Source of the DNA: Aquificota bacterium
GTDB taxonomy: Bacteria > Aquificota > Aquificia > Aquificales > QOAS01
NCBI GenBank assembly: GCA_013153315.1
Contig: JAADES010000049.1
Coordinates: forward strand, 1-47,904
Direction of reading: 5' to 3'
DNA length: 47,904 nucleotides
Made by a program: the position numbers and the translations under genes. Shown here one piece after another: positions 9,236-18,430 of the stretch. Each line of letters starts with the position of its first letter. Position 1 is the stretch's first letter. Under the pieces are notes generated by a model. That model ran no database searches. It saw nothing but the letters and a program-made list of their open reading frames with translations, and had not been told where the DNA came from.

Positions 9236-9405
9236 TTTAAAAAACCTCCCTAACTTAAAAGGTTTTTAACAATTTTAGGTTATCAGAGCTAAAAGAGGCT
9301 AACAAACTACTTACCCAAAATTAGGAACCAACCTTTTTAGAAACATTACAAGGTAGAAAAAGAAAAAAACCCTTTTAGGGAGCTAAGTTAAAATAACAAA
9401 AACCG

Positions 9406-9816
9406 ATGTTTGTAATATTCCACAATTTTGCTTCCCAAATAAAGTTGGAGGAAATGGCCCGCACCGCTTTAGCTTACGGAGCTCCGTTGGTTGTTGTCTC
9501 TAAAGCCACCGGAATGGCAGCCCAAGCCGGTATTCCCACCGTAAGCCGTTTAGTTTTTGAAAAAGGGGGGAAACTTTTAGTTACCCACTCCTTGGAGGAA
9601 GCTCTTGAAATTTTAAAACCCCAAAAGGTTTATTTAATAACAGACCTAGCAGAGGAGGAGCTAAAGCCCGAAGAAATCCAAGAGGGGGCGGCTTACGTAT
9701 TTTTTGGTAACTATCCCGTTAAAAAAGAAGAAACCCTCGGTGAGAAAAGATTTATTTCTCCCAAAGGAATTTCCGAAGTTGCCCAAGTTTGCCTTCTCTA
9801 CGAAAGGAAAAAATAA
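9406..9816 (+). CDS. DUF2122/COG4080-like protein (predicted SPOUT-fold, mostly archaeal)
   Basis: HNFAS..KLEEMAR..A.G..LVVVSKATG.AAQAGIP and SLEEALEILKP.KVY match my recollection of this family. Confidence 0.65.
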   Translation: MFVIFHNFASQIKLEEMARTALAYGAPLVVVSKATGMAAQAGIPTVSRLVFEKGGKLLVTHSLEEALEILKPQKVYLITDLAEEELKPEEIQEGAAYVFFGNYPVKKEETLGEKRFISPKGISEVAQVCLLYERKK

Positions 9817-9865
9817 TTTTTTTCTTCCTTCTTTGGGATTTAATCTATCTTGAGGGAAACCAACT

Positions 9866-10852
9866 ATGGCATTATCTTCAAACCCATTTAAGGATAATCC
9901 ATTGATTAAACAATATTTGGAGTTAATAGAAAAGTCCCTAAATAGGTATATGGATTCAACCGTTAAAACCATTTTGGAAGTTGGTTCCTATATTTTCGAC
10001 GGTGGGGGAAAAAGATTAAGGCCCCTTTTGGTTCTGTTAACCTCTAAGGGCGGAGGGGCTTGCGAAGCGGAGATAGAGAACCGTATAACTCCCCTTGCCG
10101 TAGGCTTGGAGTATATACATACCGCTTCCTTACTCCATGACGATGTTGTAGATGAGGCCACCCAAAGGCGGGGTAAAGCGGCCGCCCACACCGTCTTCGG
10201 CAACTCGGTGGCGGTTTTAACGGGGGATTACATGTATGCCAACGCCCTCTATCTATATTCCACCTATGGGAACCAGAAAATGATAGAAGTGGTTTCCGAG
10301 GCCGTCAAAGATATGGCCGAAGGCCAACTGTTGGAGCTTAAAAGTGTAGGCTCTCTAATAGATGAAGAAACCTATTTCCGAATAATCGACGGAAAAACCG
10401 GGGTGCTTTTTGCGGCCGCCACCGCAGTGGGTGCGTTGGCTTCGGAGAATTTTAAAGAACATTATCAAGATTTTTGGCGTTTAGGTTTGGCTATAGGGCG
10501 GGCCTTCCAGCTTATCGACGACGCCCTCGATTACGATGGCGACCAAAAGAAGTTGGGAAAACCTGTAGGACAAGACCTAAAAGAGGGTAAAACAACCTAC
10601 CCCCTTTTGGCGGTTTTGGAACATTTAAACCCCAAAGAGGTTGAAAGAATTCTTTTAAAAGGTTCGGAAGAAGAAATTAATAACCTCCGCCGAGAGGTTC
10701 AGAGATTGGGAGGAGTTGAAAAAACCAAAGAGAGGGCAAGAAAAGAATTAAACCTCGCGTTGGATATTTTAGAAAAACATTCCTTTGAAGATATTCAAAT
10801 TAAAAACCTTTTAAAGGAAATAATAAACTTTGTTGTCGAACGGAATCTTTAG
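9866..10852 (+). CDS. ispB: polyprenyl (octaprenyl-type) diphosphate synthase
   Basis: GGKRLRP, HTASLLHDDVVD (FARM), FQLIDDALD (SARM), GKP.G.DL.EGK.T.P. Confidence 0.92.
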   Translation: MALSSNPFKDNPLIKQYLELIEKSLNRYMDSTVKTILEVGSYIFDGGGKRLRPLLVLLTSKGGGACEAEIENRITPLAVGLEYIHTASLLHDDVVDEATQRRGKAAAHTVFGNSVAVLTGDYMYANALYLYSTYGNQKMIEVVSEAVKDMAEGQLLELKSVGSLIDEETYFRIIDGKTGVLFAAATAVGALASENFKEHYQDFWRLGLAIGRAFQLIDDALDYDGDQKKLGKPVGQDLKEGKTTYPLLAVLEHLNPKEVERILLKGSEEEINNLRREVQRLGGVEKTKERARKELNLALDILEKHSFEDIQIKNLLKEIINFVVERNL

Positions 10853-10913
10853 TTTTTCCTTTCTTTGAAATTAAAAAGAAAACAAACAAGCAAAGTTAAT
10901 TTTTGCCAACTTT

Positions 10914-11786
10914 TTATTTGGAACTTCCAGCGGGAACCCCGATGTTGGATAGAGGTATTATGTGGTAAGTTAAGCCGGTTTGTTCTACATCGTAACCCAA
11001 GGCGTAGGCCAACAATTCGGGTAGATAAACCGAAGGAACATTGGGTTTGTTAGGAGCCATATCTTGGTAAATGTCTTGAGCTTTAAAGCAAAGAGGGCAG
11101 GGGGTTATCAACATTTGGGCTCCGGCTTTTTTGGCACCTTCGGGAGCTTTCACAACTTTTTTTAAAGCAACCTCTTTGTTGGTGTAGAAAGCGTGATAAC
11201 CACAACATACATCCTTTCCTTCGTAGTCCTTTATAGCTTCCCCACCGAGGGCTTCGATTAGTTCTTCCAACCCTTGGGGGTTTTCGCTATCTACCACCGC
11301 TATTTCTTTGGGATATTTAATATGACAACCATAGTAGGTGGCTATTTTCCAACCCTTTAAAGGTCTTTTAACTTTCCTTTTTATGGTTTCCAATCCTACT
11401 TCCTCTAAGAGGTAGGGAAGTATATGCCATATTTTGGCAGTTCCTTTATATTCCAAACCTTCTTCGGCGAGGAGTTTATTTATTTCCTCTTTAAGTTGGG
11501 GGTCGTTGTCGAGGGCGTGCTTTGTTTTTGCCAAAACCATATAGCAGGTGTTGCAACTAACCAACAAATCTAAACCTTGGGCTTCGGCCAGGGCTATGTT
11601 ACGGGCGTTTATAGAGTAGACCAAAAAGCGGTTGGTTTCGTCTATTGTATTACCTCCGCAACAGGTGGTTTTTTCTAAAAGTTGAATGTCCACATCCAAA
11701 TCGTGGAAAACCTTTTTGAGAGTGTCGAACATGTGGGCGTCGGGGCCTTGGAAACAGCAACCTTGATAAAAGCCTACCTTTTTCAT
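10914..11786 (-). CDS. HdrB/SdhE-like double-CCG-domain Fe-S protein
   Basis: YQGC...CCGG...CNTC and YYGC...CCG...CPLC. ATG at 11786 has a GGAGG RBS. Confidence 0.85.
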   Translation of the reverse strand: MKKVGFYQGCCFQGPDAHMFDTLKKVFHDLDVDIQLLEKTTCCGGNTIDETNRFLVYSINARNIALAEAQGLDLLVSCNTCYMVLAKTKHALDNDPQLKEEINKLLAEEGLEYKGTAKIWHILPYLLEEVGLETIKRKVKRPLKGWKIATYYGCHIKYPKEIAVVDSENPQGLEELIEALGGEAIKDYEGKDVCCGYHAFYTNKEVALKKVVKAPEGAKKAGAQMLITPCPLCFKAQDIYQDMAPNKPNVPSVYLPELLAYALGYDVEQTGLTYHIIPLSNIGVPAGSSK

Positions 11787-11950
11787 AGGGAACCTCCTTA
11801 AAATTTTTCCTGCGAAGGGAGAACTCTTTTTATGTTCTCCCAAGTGAGGGTTTACGATAGATTTTTACCGCTTTAGGGTTTTTAAACGCAATAGCTAACG
11901 CTTTTGGTGGGTTATGTCATTTTTGACCTAAAAGGGGAAAATTTAAAAAG

Positions 11951-12220
11951 CTACTCAAAAAGTTGGTTATGTGTTCCTATTCTGACAAGAATTAAACTTT
12001 TTCCCTCTATTTTGTAAATAACTAACAAATCGCCGCCTAAGTGGAATTCTCTAAAATCTTTCCATTCACCAACAAGGGGATGGTCTTTAGCTTCTGGAGG
12101 AAGAGATTTTTCTTCCAAAAGTAGGGATATGTATTTAATGAACTTCTCAAATTGTTTGTCGGTTAGATTAACCTTTTTAAGGTCCTTTTTAAATTGCTTA
12201 TGCCTTTTTAGGGTTAACAC
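11951..12220 (-). CDS. yafQ: type II TA toxin, YafQ family mRNA interferase
   Basis: FKKDLKK, KDHPL.GEWK..REFH...DLL.IY, L.LVRIGTH..LF. Confidence 0.92.
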   Translation of the reverse strand: MLTLKRHKQFKKDLKKVNLTDKQFEKFIKYISLLLEEKSLPPEAKDHPLVGEWKDFREFHLGGDLLVIYKIEGKSLILVRIGTHNQLFE

Positions 12221-12482
12221 TTTCCTTTACCTCGGAGACTAAGGTATCAAAATCAATTTCTTCTAAGTTTTTACCTTCTCTAACCTCTTGAAGAACTTTT
12301 TGGGTTTCTTCATTGGGGATTTGAATTCTGAATGGGAATCCTTTTTCTAATACAACTTGTGTTAAGAAGATATTTACGGCATCCGAGAGGGTTAAACCAT
12401 AGCGCGAAAAAATCTTTTTGGCCTCCCTTTTTATCTCCGCGTTCAGGTAAAGGTTACTCCGTTCTTTTTTTACAGTTCTCAT
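12198..12482 (-). CDS. dinJ: type II TA antitoxin, RelB/DinJ family
   Basis: K.EA..IF..YGLTLSDAVNIFL.QV....GFPF.I.IPNEET. Overlaps the toxin start; AAGGAGG RBS before ATG 12482. Confidence 0.9.
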   Translation of the reverse strand: MRTVKKERSNLYLNAEIKREAKKIFSRYGLTLSDAVNIFLTQVVLEKGFPFRIQIPNEETQKVLQEVREGKNLEEIDFDTLVSEVKESVNPKKA

Positions 12483-12502
12483 AAAATTTTCCTCCTTAAA
12501 AA

Positions 12503-12530
12503 GGAAATATACACAAAGATTGTGTTTTCC
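12503..12530. promoter_or_regulatory. inverted repeat upstream of dinJ, probable TA autorepression operator
   Basis: ACACAA-AGA-TTGTGT (12511-12525) flanked by GGAAA/TTTCC, about 30 nt upstream of the antitoxin start. Confidence 0.6.
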
Positions 12531-12578
12531 TCTTCTATCAGCAAAATAGAAGAATAGCAAAGAAGCCGATGAAGGAAT

Positions 12579-13772
12579 TTAAACTAACAAAACCTTGGGA
12601 GGGGGGAAACCGTTAAAGTGGGAGGCGTAAACGGTTGTGTAAGCTCCCGCTGTTAGAATAAATATGCGGTCTCCTACGCTAAGGTTTTCGGGGAGGGCCA
12701 CATTTTGGGCCACCACATCCATGCTGTCGCAGGAAATACCGCCTATTGTGTAAAAGGTAAGCTTAGGATTTCCTACAGGCGTATAAAAAGAGTAGCGAAT
12801 TCCTCCCAAGGCTTCGGCCAAGCCGTGGAAAACACCGCTGTCTATATAGAGCCAATTTTCTTTTCCTCTTTTTGCTTTTCCTATTACGCTGACCACCAGC
12901 AGGCCGGCCTCGGCTACTAAACCCCGTCCGGGCTCCATTTGAAGTTCCAAAGTTCGGACATTGAAATATTTGTTAAGCAACCCCTTTATATAGCAAGCTA
13001 TTTCTTCCACCGAAAGGCTTTCCCTCGTGTAGCGGGCGGGTATTCCTCCGCCGATATTCAACATTTGCAATCTAATGCCCTTTTGGGTTGCGGCTCTGTC
13101 CCAAAGCTCTTTTGCCCTCTTTATCGCTACAAACCAGTTTTGTAGATTGTTGCACTGGGAGCCAACATGAAAGGTTAGGCCGTAGGGTATAAGTCCCTTC
13201 TCCTTGGCGTAATCGAGAATTTCCAAGGCGGTTTCCACATCAACGCCAAATTTGCGAGAAAGGGGCCAATCGCTACCTACGTTGGGAACGGCCAAGCGAA
13301 CATAGATGCGGGCCCTCTTTTTAAAGCGGGCTATCTTGTCTACCTCGGCAAAGCTATCCACCGCGAAGCGGTCTATATCATTTTTTAAGCAAATATCTAT
13401 GAAATCCAAAGGTTTAACGGGGTTGCTCGATATTATTTTCTCGGGAGGCGTTCCCACCGATAAAACTTTTTCCAACTCTTGGGGGGACGCTATTTCAAAA
13501 CCCGCCCCCTCTTGGGCGAAAGTTTTTATCATCTCTATATGGTCGTTGGCTTTTACCGCATAGTAAACCTTAAATTGGTCAAAGTTTTTTATAACCTCCC
13601 TATAGCGGTCTTGGAGTTTGTCCTTCCTTATAACCAAGGTTGGGGTATCCACATTTTCCAACAACTGCGGTAGGTCGGGTCGGTCTTTGATAAATTCCTT
13701 ATAGAGTTTTTCGGCGAATTTCCATTGAACCTCCTTTGGGTTGGAAAAATTTACCGTGTTGGAATAGGACAT
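12579..13772 (-). CDS. type III PLP-dependent ornithine/lysine decarboxylase
   Basis: YYAVKAN, KFG, FHVGSQ, NIGGG, EPGR, G.SCDSMD, AGAYT..YAS.FNGF. Confidence 0.88.
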   Translation of the reverse strand: MSYSNTVNFSNPKEVQWKFAEKLYKEFIKDRPDLPQLLENVDTPTLVIRKDKLQDRYREVIKNFDQFKVYYAVKANDHIEMIKTFAQEGAGFEIASPQELEKVLSVGTPPEKIISSNPVKPLDFIDICLKNDIDRFAVDSFAEVDKIARFKKRARIYVRLAVPNVGSDWPLSRKFGVDVETALEILDYAKEKGLIPYGLTFHVGSQCNNLQNWFVAIKRAKELWDRAATQKGIRLQMLNIGGGIPARYTRESLSVEEIACYIKGLLNKYFNVRTLELQMEPGRGLVAEAGLLVVSVIGKAKRGKENWLYIDSGVFHGLAEALGGIRYSFYTPVGNPKLTFYTIGGISCDSMDVVAQNVALPENLSVGDRIFILTAGAYTTVYASHFNGFPPPKVLLV

Positions 13773-13809
13773 GGCATTCCTATTATTCCAGAAATTACAA
13801 TAACCCCCG

Positions 13810-14916
13810 ATGTTAGAAAATTTAACCTCTCCCCATATTGGTTTAAGCGAGATAGTCCAAAAGGTGGTTGAAGGAAAAAGAATTTCTCCTCAAGAAGGTC
13901 TTACCCTATTAAAGGAAGGAGAATTAAACCTGTTGGGAACTTTGGCAAACTTTGTGCGAAAGCGTTTCCACCCCGACGATGTGGTTACCTTTGTTGTGGA
14001 TAGGAATGTTAACTATACCAATATATGTATAACCCACTGCAAGTTTTGTGCTTTTTATATTCCCTACAAGGAAAAAGATAAGGGTTATGTCCTCTCGGTG
14101 GAAGAGGTTTTAGATAAGGTTGCCGAATTGGTGGCTTGGGGTGGCACAACCCTCCTAATGCAGGGGGGTATAAATCCCGACCTTGGTTTGGAATATTTTG
14201 AAAACCTTTTTAGGGAGATAAAGAAACACTTTCCCCAAGTTCAGATTCATTCTTTGTCGGCTCCCGAAATAGTCTATTTGGCCAAAAAGGAAAACCTTAG
14301 TTTGGAAGAAGTTTTAAAACGACTGAAGGCGGCGGGATTGGATTCGGTTCCCGGCGGTGGGGCGGAAATTTTAACCGACAGAGTTAGGAACATTGTTAGC
14401 CCTAACAAATGCAGTGTCCAAGAGTGGTTGGAGGTTCATCGGACAGCCCACCGTTTGGGAATGCGGAGCACCGCCACAATGATGTTCGGCCACTACGACC
14501 AACCGGAGGATATTATTGAGCATTTGGAAAAAATCCGTAGTCTTCAGGACGAAACGGGGGGTTTTACCGCCTTCATACCGTGGACATTTATGCCGGGAAA
14601 TACCGAAATGGACCACTTGGGTAAAGCTCCCTCCACTTGGTATTTAAAGGTCTTGGCCCTATCGAGGATTTATTTGGACAACTTTAAAAATATCCAATCT
14701 TCCCATGTAACCCAAACTATGGATATAGGTGTTGTTGGGCTTTACTATGGGGCCAACGATTTGGGTAGCGTAATGATAGAGGAAAATGTGATATCTTCGA
14801 CCAACTATAAGGTTAGAATTCCCAAGGTTGAAGATATGGTTAAAGCAATAAAGAAAGCGGGCTTCAAACCCGCCCAAAGGGATACTTACTACAACATTGT
14901 TCGGAAGTTCTATTGA
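13810..14916 (+). CDS. mqnC: cyclic dehypoxanthinyl futalosine synthase (radical SAM)
   Basis: VDRNVNYTNICITHCKFCAF, PGGGAEIL, TATMMFGH, AFIPWTF, GANDLGSVMIEENV. Confidence 0.92.
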   Translation: MLENLTSPHIGLSEIVQKVVEGKRISPQEGLTLLKEGELNLLGTLANFVRKRFHPDDVVTFVVDRNVNYTNICITHCKFCAFYIPYKEKDKGYVLSVEEVLDKVAELVAWGGTTLLMQGGINPDLGLEYFENLFREIKKHFPQVQIHSLSAPEIVYLAKKENLSLEEVLKRLKAAGLDSVPGGGAEILTDRVRNIVSPNKCSVQEWLEVHRTAHRLGMRSTATMMFGHYDQPEDIIEHLEKIRSLQDETGGFTAFIPWTFMPGNTEMDHLGKAPSTWYLKVLALSRIYLDNFKNIQSSHVTQTMDIGVVGLYYGANDLGSVMIEENVISSTNYKVRIPKVEDMVKAIKKAGFKPAQRDTYYNIVRKFY

Positions 14917-15887
14917 GGTAGCTCTATTTCCTTTAACCAATCCCAATTTTCTTTAAACCATTGGACGGTTCTTTTTATTCCTTCCTCCAAGGGAACTTTA
15001 GGTTCCCACCCCAATAAGGTTTTAGCTTTGGTTATATCGGCCCAAGTAGCTTTTAAATCCGCCTTGTGGAAATCTTTGTAAATTATTTTTGCTTCCTTGG
15101 AGAGGAATTTTTCTATAAGTCTAACCACTTCGAGGAGTTTGTGGGGGTTGTTCCCTCCGAGGTTTATTATTTCATAGCCCAAAGGTTTTAAGGCCCTTAC
15201 CGTTCCCTCGGCTATATCGTCGACATAGGTAAAATCCCGACTTTGGCTACCGTCGCCGTAAATTTCGATAGGTTGGTCTTTCATTATGCGGTAGATAAAG
15301 CGGAATATCGACATATCGGGCCTTCCCGCCGGGCCGTAAACGGTAAAGTAGCGAACTATGGAAACGTCTATCCCATAAAGGTAATGGTATGTGTAGCAGG
15401 TAACCTCGGCCGCCTTTTTGGAAGCCGCATAGGGAGATATAGGGGTATTTACCGGCAGTTCTTCCTTAAAAGGCATAGGCTGGCCGGCGTAGAGCGAAGA
15501 GGTTGAGGCTAAAACGAACTTTTTAACCCCCCTATCTTTGGCAAATTCCAAAAGGTTCAAAGTTCCGTTGGCGTTGGTTGTAAAGTAGACGTGGGGGTTT
15601 TTAATCGAATACCTAACCCCCGCACGGGCCGCCAAATTAATTATTGCATCGAATGAGCCGTAAACATCAAAAACCACCTTTAGGGCTTGGAAATTTTCTA
15701 TATCCACTTGGTGGAAAACGAAATTTTTATTACCTTTAAGGGTGTCCAACCTCCATAGTTTTATCCTCGGGTCGTAATAGTCATTTAAGTTATCTATCCC
15801 TACCACGGTATAACCTTCTTCCAACAACCTATGGGCGGTTTTCCAACCTATAAAACCCGCAACGCCCGTTAAGAGTATTTTTTTCAT
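14910..15887 (-). CDS. NAD-dependent nucleotide-sugar epimerase (UDP-glucuronate 4-epimerase-like)
   Basis: TGVAGFIG, LAARAGVRYS, YAASK, FTVYGPAGRPDM, RDFTYVDDI. Confidence 0.9.
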   Translation of the reverse strand: MKKILLTGVAGFIGWKTAHRLLEEGYTVVGIDNLNDYYDPRIKLWRLDTLKGNKNFVFHQVDIENFQALKVVFDVYGSFDAIINLAARAGVRYSIKNPHVYFTTNANGTLNLLEFAKDRGVKKFVLASTSSLYAGQPMPFKEELPVNTPISPYAASKKAAEVTCYTYHYLYGIDVSIVRYFTVYGPAGRPDMSIFRFIYRIMKDQPIEIYGDGSQSRDFTYVDDIAEGTVRALKPLGYEIINLGGNNPHKLLEVVRLIEKFLSKEAKIIYKDFHKADLKATWADITKAKTLLGWEPKVPLEEGIKRTVQWFKENWDWLKEIELPQ

Positions 15888-16051
15888 AGGGAAACTATTT
15901 TGAAGCTTGCCAAGGGATTAAATATTTCCTTATAAGGGTTGATTTAAATTTGCCTAATAAGGGTTTAGGGTTTAGAACCCCTGAAGGTTTTTCAAAAATA
16001 ACTTTCCTGTCAAAGGAGAAATTTTTCTACAAGTCTAAGGGAGGTTTTTCA

Positions 16052-17407
16052 GTGGGTGAAATAAAAATCCTTCCCGAGGAGGTAAAAAAACTAATAGCCG
16101 CCGGCGAGGTTGTGGAAAGGCCCGCCAATGTGGTTAAGGAACTTATAGAAAACTCCCTCGATGCGGAGGCAAAGAAAATTGAAATAGAAACCCTTCAGGC
16201 GGGTAAAAGGTTGATAGTCGTTCGCGACAACGGCAAGGGGATTTTAGAGCAAGACCTACCTTTGGTAATCCGTGAAGGTGCTACTTCAAAAATTTCCCAA
16301 GTGGAAGATTTATATCAAATAGAAACCTTCGGATTTAGAGGCGAAGCCTTGCACTCCATAAGCCGCGTTTCCGAACTTTATATAGCCAGTAGGCATTTTA
16401 CAGCTTCGAGAGGCTCGGCCCTTTTGGCCAGGGGTGGAAAAATAATAGACCAAAGGGAGGTAGCCCACCCTATAGGAACAACCGTAGAGGTTAGAAACCT
16501 TTTTTATAACCTCCCGGCGAGGTTGAAATTTTTAAAATCCAACCGAACAGAGAGAAAACATATTCAGGAAACGGTGGTATCTTACTGTTTAGCTTACCCT
16601 GAAGTTTATTTCTACTTAGAACAGGAAGGGAAGACGGTTATAGATTTGGAACCTTCTTCGGTAGAAGAGAGATTGGTTAAACTATTCAACCTACCGAGCA
16701 CGCCCTCCTTTGCCGCTGCTGAAAATTCCTTGGGTAAAGCCGAAATTTACTATTACACAAACTACAAAAGTGCAAAGTTTTATATTTTTGTTAACGGCCG
16801 ACCGGTCAAAAATTCCCAAATCCAAACCTATTTGAAAAATAAATTGGGTTATCGAACATTGGCCGCTTTGTTTATAGAACTTCCCCCCTATTTGATAGAT
16901 GTAAATGTTCACCCTAAGAAGGAGGAGGTTCGTTTTATCCGCGAAAGGAAGGTTCTGGAACTTATAGGTTCCCTTTTTGGTAAGAAAGAACAAATTCCTA
17001 CCCCCGCGGATTTTGTTTTAAAACAACCGACTTTGGAAAAATATTTAAACCCTCCAAAGGAAGAGCTAAGCCCATTACCTACATCGGTCGGTTTTCAAAT
17101 ATTGGGCCAAGTTGAGGATACTCTTATAGTGGCTTACCGCGAGGGGTTTATCTATTACTTTGACCAACACCTTTTGGACGAGGTTGTTAATTTCCACCTG
17201 TTGGGGGACGAAAGTAAAGCTTGTCGGGCCTCCCTAAAGGCCGGGCAAAAATTGGATAAAAACCAAATGGAGGAACTTTTAAATAGATGGCTCGAAATAG
17301 GACAACCGAGAACCTGTCCCCACGGTAGGCCGATTTATTACAAACAACCTTTGGAGGAAATTTATAAAAGGTTGGATAGAAAAACCCCGCGCGGGTTTAA
17401 AGTTTAA
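16052..17407 (+). CDS. mutL: DNA mismatch repair endonuclease MutL, short Aquifex-type
   Basis: IAAGEVVERPA, DNGKG, GFRGEAL, DVNVHP.K.EV; minimal CTD DQHLLDE..ACRASLKAG..CPHGRP. GTG at 16052 has a GGAGG RBS. Confidence 0.93.
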   Translation: MGEIKILPEEVKKLIAAGEVVERPANVVKELIENSLDAEAKKIEIETLQAGKRLIVVRDNGKGILEQDLPLVIREGATSKISQVEDLYQIETFGFRGEALHSISRVSELYIASRHFTASRGSALLARGGKIIDQREVAHPIGTTVEVRNLFYNLPARLKFLKSNRTERKHIQETVVSYCLAYPEVYFYLEQEGKTVIDLEPSSVEERLVKLFNLPSTPSFAAAENSLGKAEIYYYTNYKSAKFYIFVNGRPVKNSQIQTYLKNKLGYRTLAALFIELPPYLIDVNVHPKKEEVRFIRERKVLELIGSLFGKKEQIPTPADFVLKQPTLEKYLNPPKEELSPLPTSVGFQILGQVEDTLIVAYREGFIYYFDQHLLDEVVNFHLLGDESKACRASLKAGQKLDKNQMEELLNRWLEIGQPRTCPHGRPIYYKQPLEEIYKRLDRKTPRGFKV

Positions 17408-18162
17408 TAGACCTCAATGTAGATGGGCGAGCTGTTTCTTTCCACATAGGTGGCCCTTTGGTATAGCAGAGGGTAATACTGTTTCCATTGGGCTACCATA
17501 TAGGGGCTTTTTACATAAAAAACAACCTTTTTTATTAATCCATTTTCTAATGCATAATTCAAAGCGTGGAGCAAAAACACATCGTTATCCCTAAGGGGGT
17601 AATCAATAACAAACAAAACCGGACGGGGGGCATTTTTCCAAAAGTCTACCCAGTAGGTTATAAAGTCCTCTTTTACCAACCCTTCGAGGGAACTGTAGTC
17701 GGTATAATCCGCCGAACGGAAGGGGTTGGTTTTGCTTTCAAATATTCCTATCCACCAACTTGCGTAGGCGTCATAGGCGGCCTCTGTGTTGGCCAAAAGA
17801 ATGGGTTGCTCCCTTCGTAGGGTGTAGTAATTTTTTAACCCCAAGTTTAGGAGGAAATATTTATAAGGTTTACAGTCCACCGGCGCCGAGGTGCAAAGGG
17901 CCACTTTTAGCATATCTATGGCCATTTCATCCAAAGCATAGGAGGCGTAAAGCTTTCCGTAGGTGTAATACTTTAGCATTTTTGTGTAGGCGTAGGGATA
18001 ATCTACAGCACGGCCGTCGGTTTCCCACTGGGAGATGGTTGCTTTTACCCCCATTAGGAGCTCCATTAAAGAGGCCGCCCCGGCTTCTTTGGAAGGTAAT
18101 AAAAAAACTATCCCCGTTAGGAGAACTATTAAAAATTTCCAAAAGTTGGGTTTTATTTCCAT
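17404..18162 (-). CDS. hypothetical exported protein (Tyr-rich)
   Basis: Long ORF with a signal-peptide-like N-terminus (WKFLIVLLTGIVFLLPSKEAGA); no family recognised. Confidence 0.7.
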   Translation of the reverse strand: MEIKPNFWKFLIVLLTGIVFLLPSKEAGAASLMELLMGVKATISQWETDGRAVDYPYAYTKMLKYYTYGKLYASYALDEMAIDMLKVALCTSAPVDCKPYKYFLLNLGLKNYYTLRREQPILLANTEAAYDAYASWWIGIFESKTNPFRSADYTDYSSLEGLVKEDFITYWVDFWKNAPRPVLFVIDYPLRDNDVFLLHALNYALENGLIKKVVFYVKSPYMVAQWKQYYPLLYQRATYVERNSSPIYIEVY

Positions 18163-18274
18163 CAACACCTATTTTAGGAGCTTTCTTTAAACCTCCCTTT
18201 ATGCGTCGTTTTTTCTTGACATTCCTTAAACCAGACATTGACACAATTATTTTTCTACCTTTAATGTCCAGTTT

Positions 18275-18302
18275 TTGAAAATTCCCCGAGTTGAAGTATA
18301 AT
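18275..18302 (+). promoter_or_regulatory. candidate sigma70-type promoter
   Basis: TTGAAA (18275-18280), 16 nt spacer, TATAAT (18297-18302), with no annotated + strand gene downstream. Confidence 0.4.
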
Positions 18303-18430
18303 TTCAATTGCATCACTTGACATTTAAATATGATATTTTTTCTAAATTGAAATTTTTATTGCCATTAAATACAAAACTACGCTTGAAAATTTCTTGACAT
18401 TCCATTCGAAAAGCCCCGAGGAGGTAGTAA

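Noticed and set aside
11916-11927. GTCA-N4-TGAC palindrome upstream of the CCG gene
   Set aside because: Only 4-bp arms, which is expected by chance.
15950-16051. N-terminal extensions in the ORF track (mutL; also rdgB, porA, hdrB-like, dinJ, aclA)
   Set aside because: Downstream starts fit family N-termini and mostly have GGAGG sites; the extensions are longest-ORF artefacts.
17760-18316. ORFs 17760..18278 (+) and 17927..18316 (-)
   Set aside because: They overlap the better-supported exported-protein gene, have atypical composition and show no motifs.
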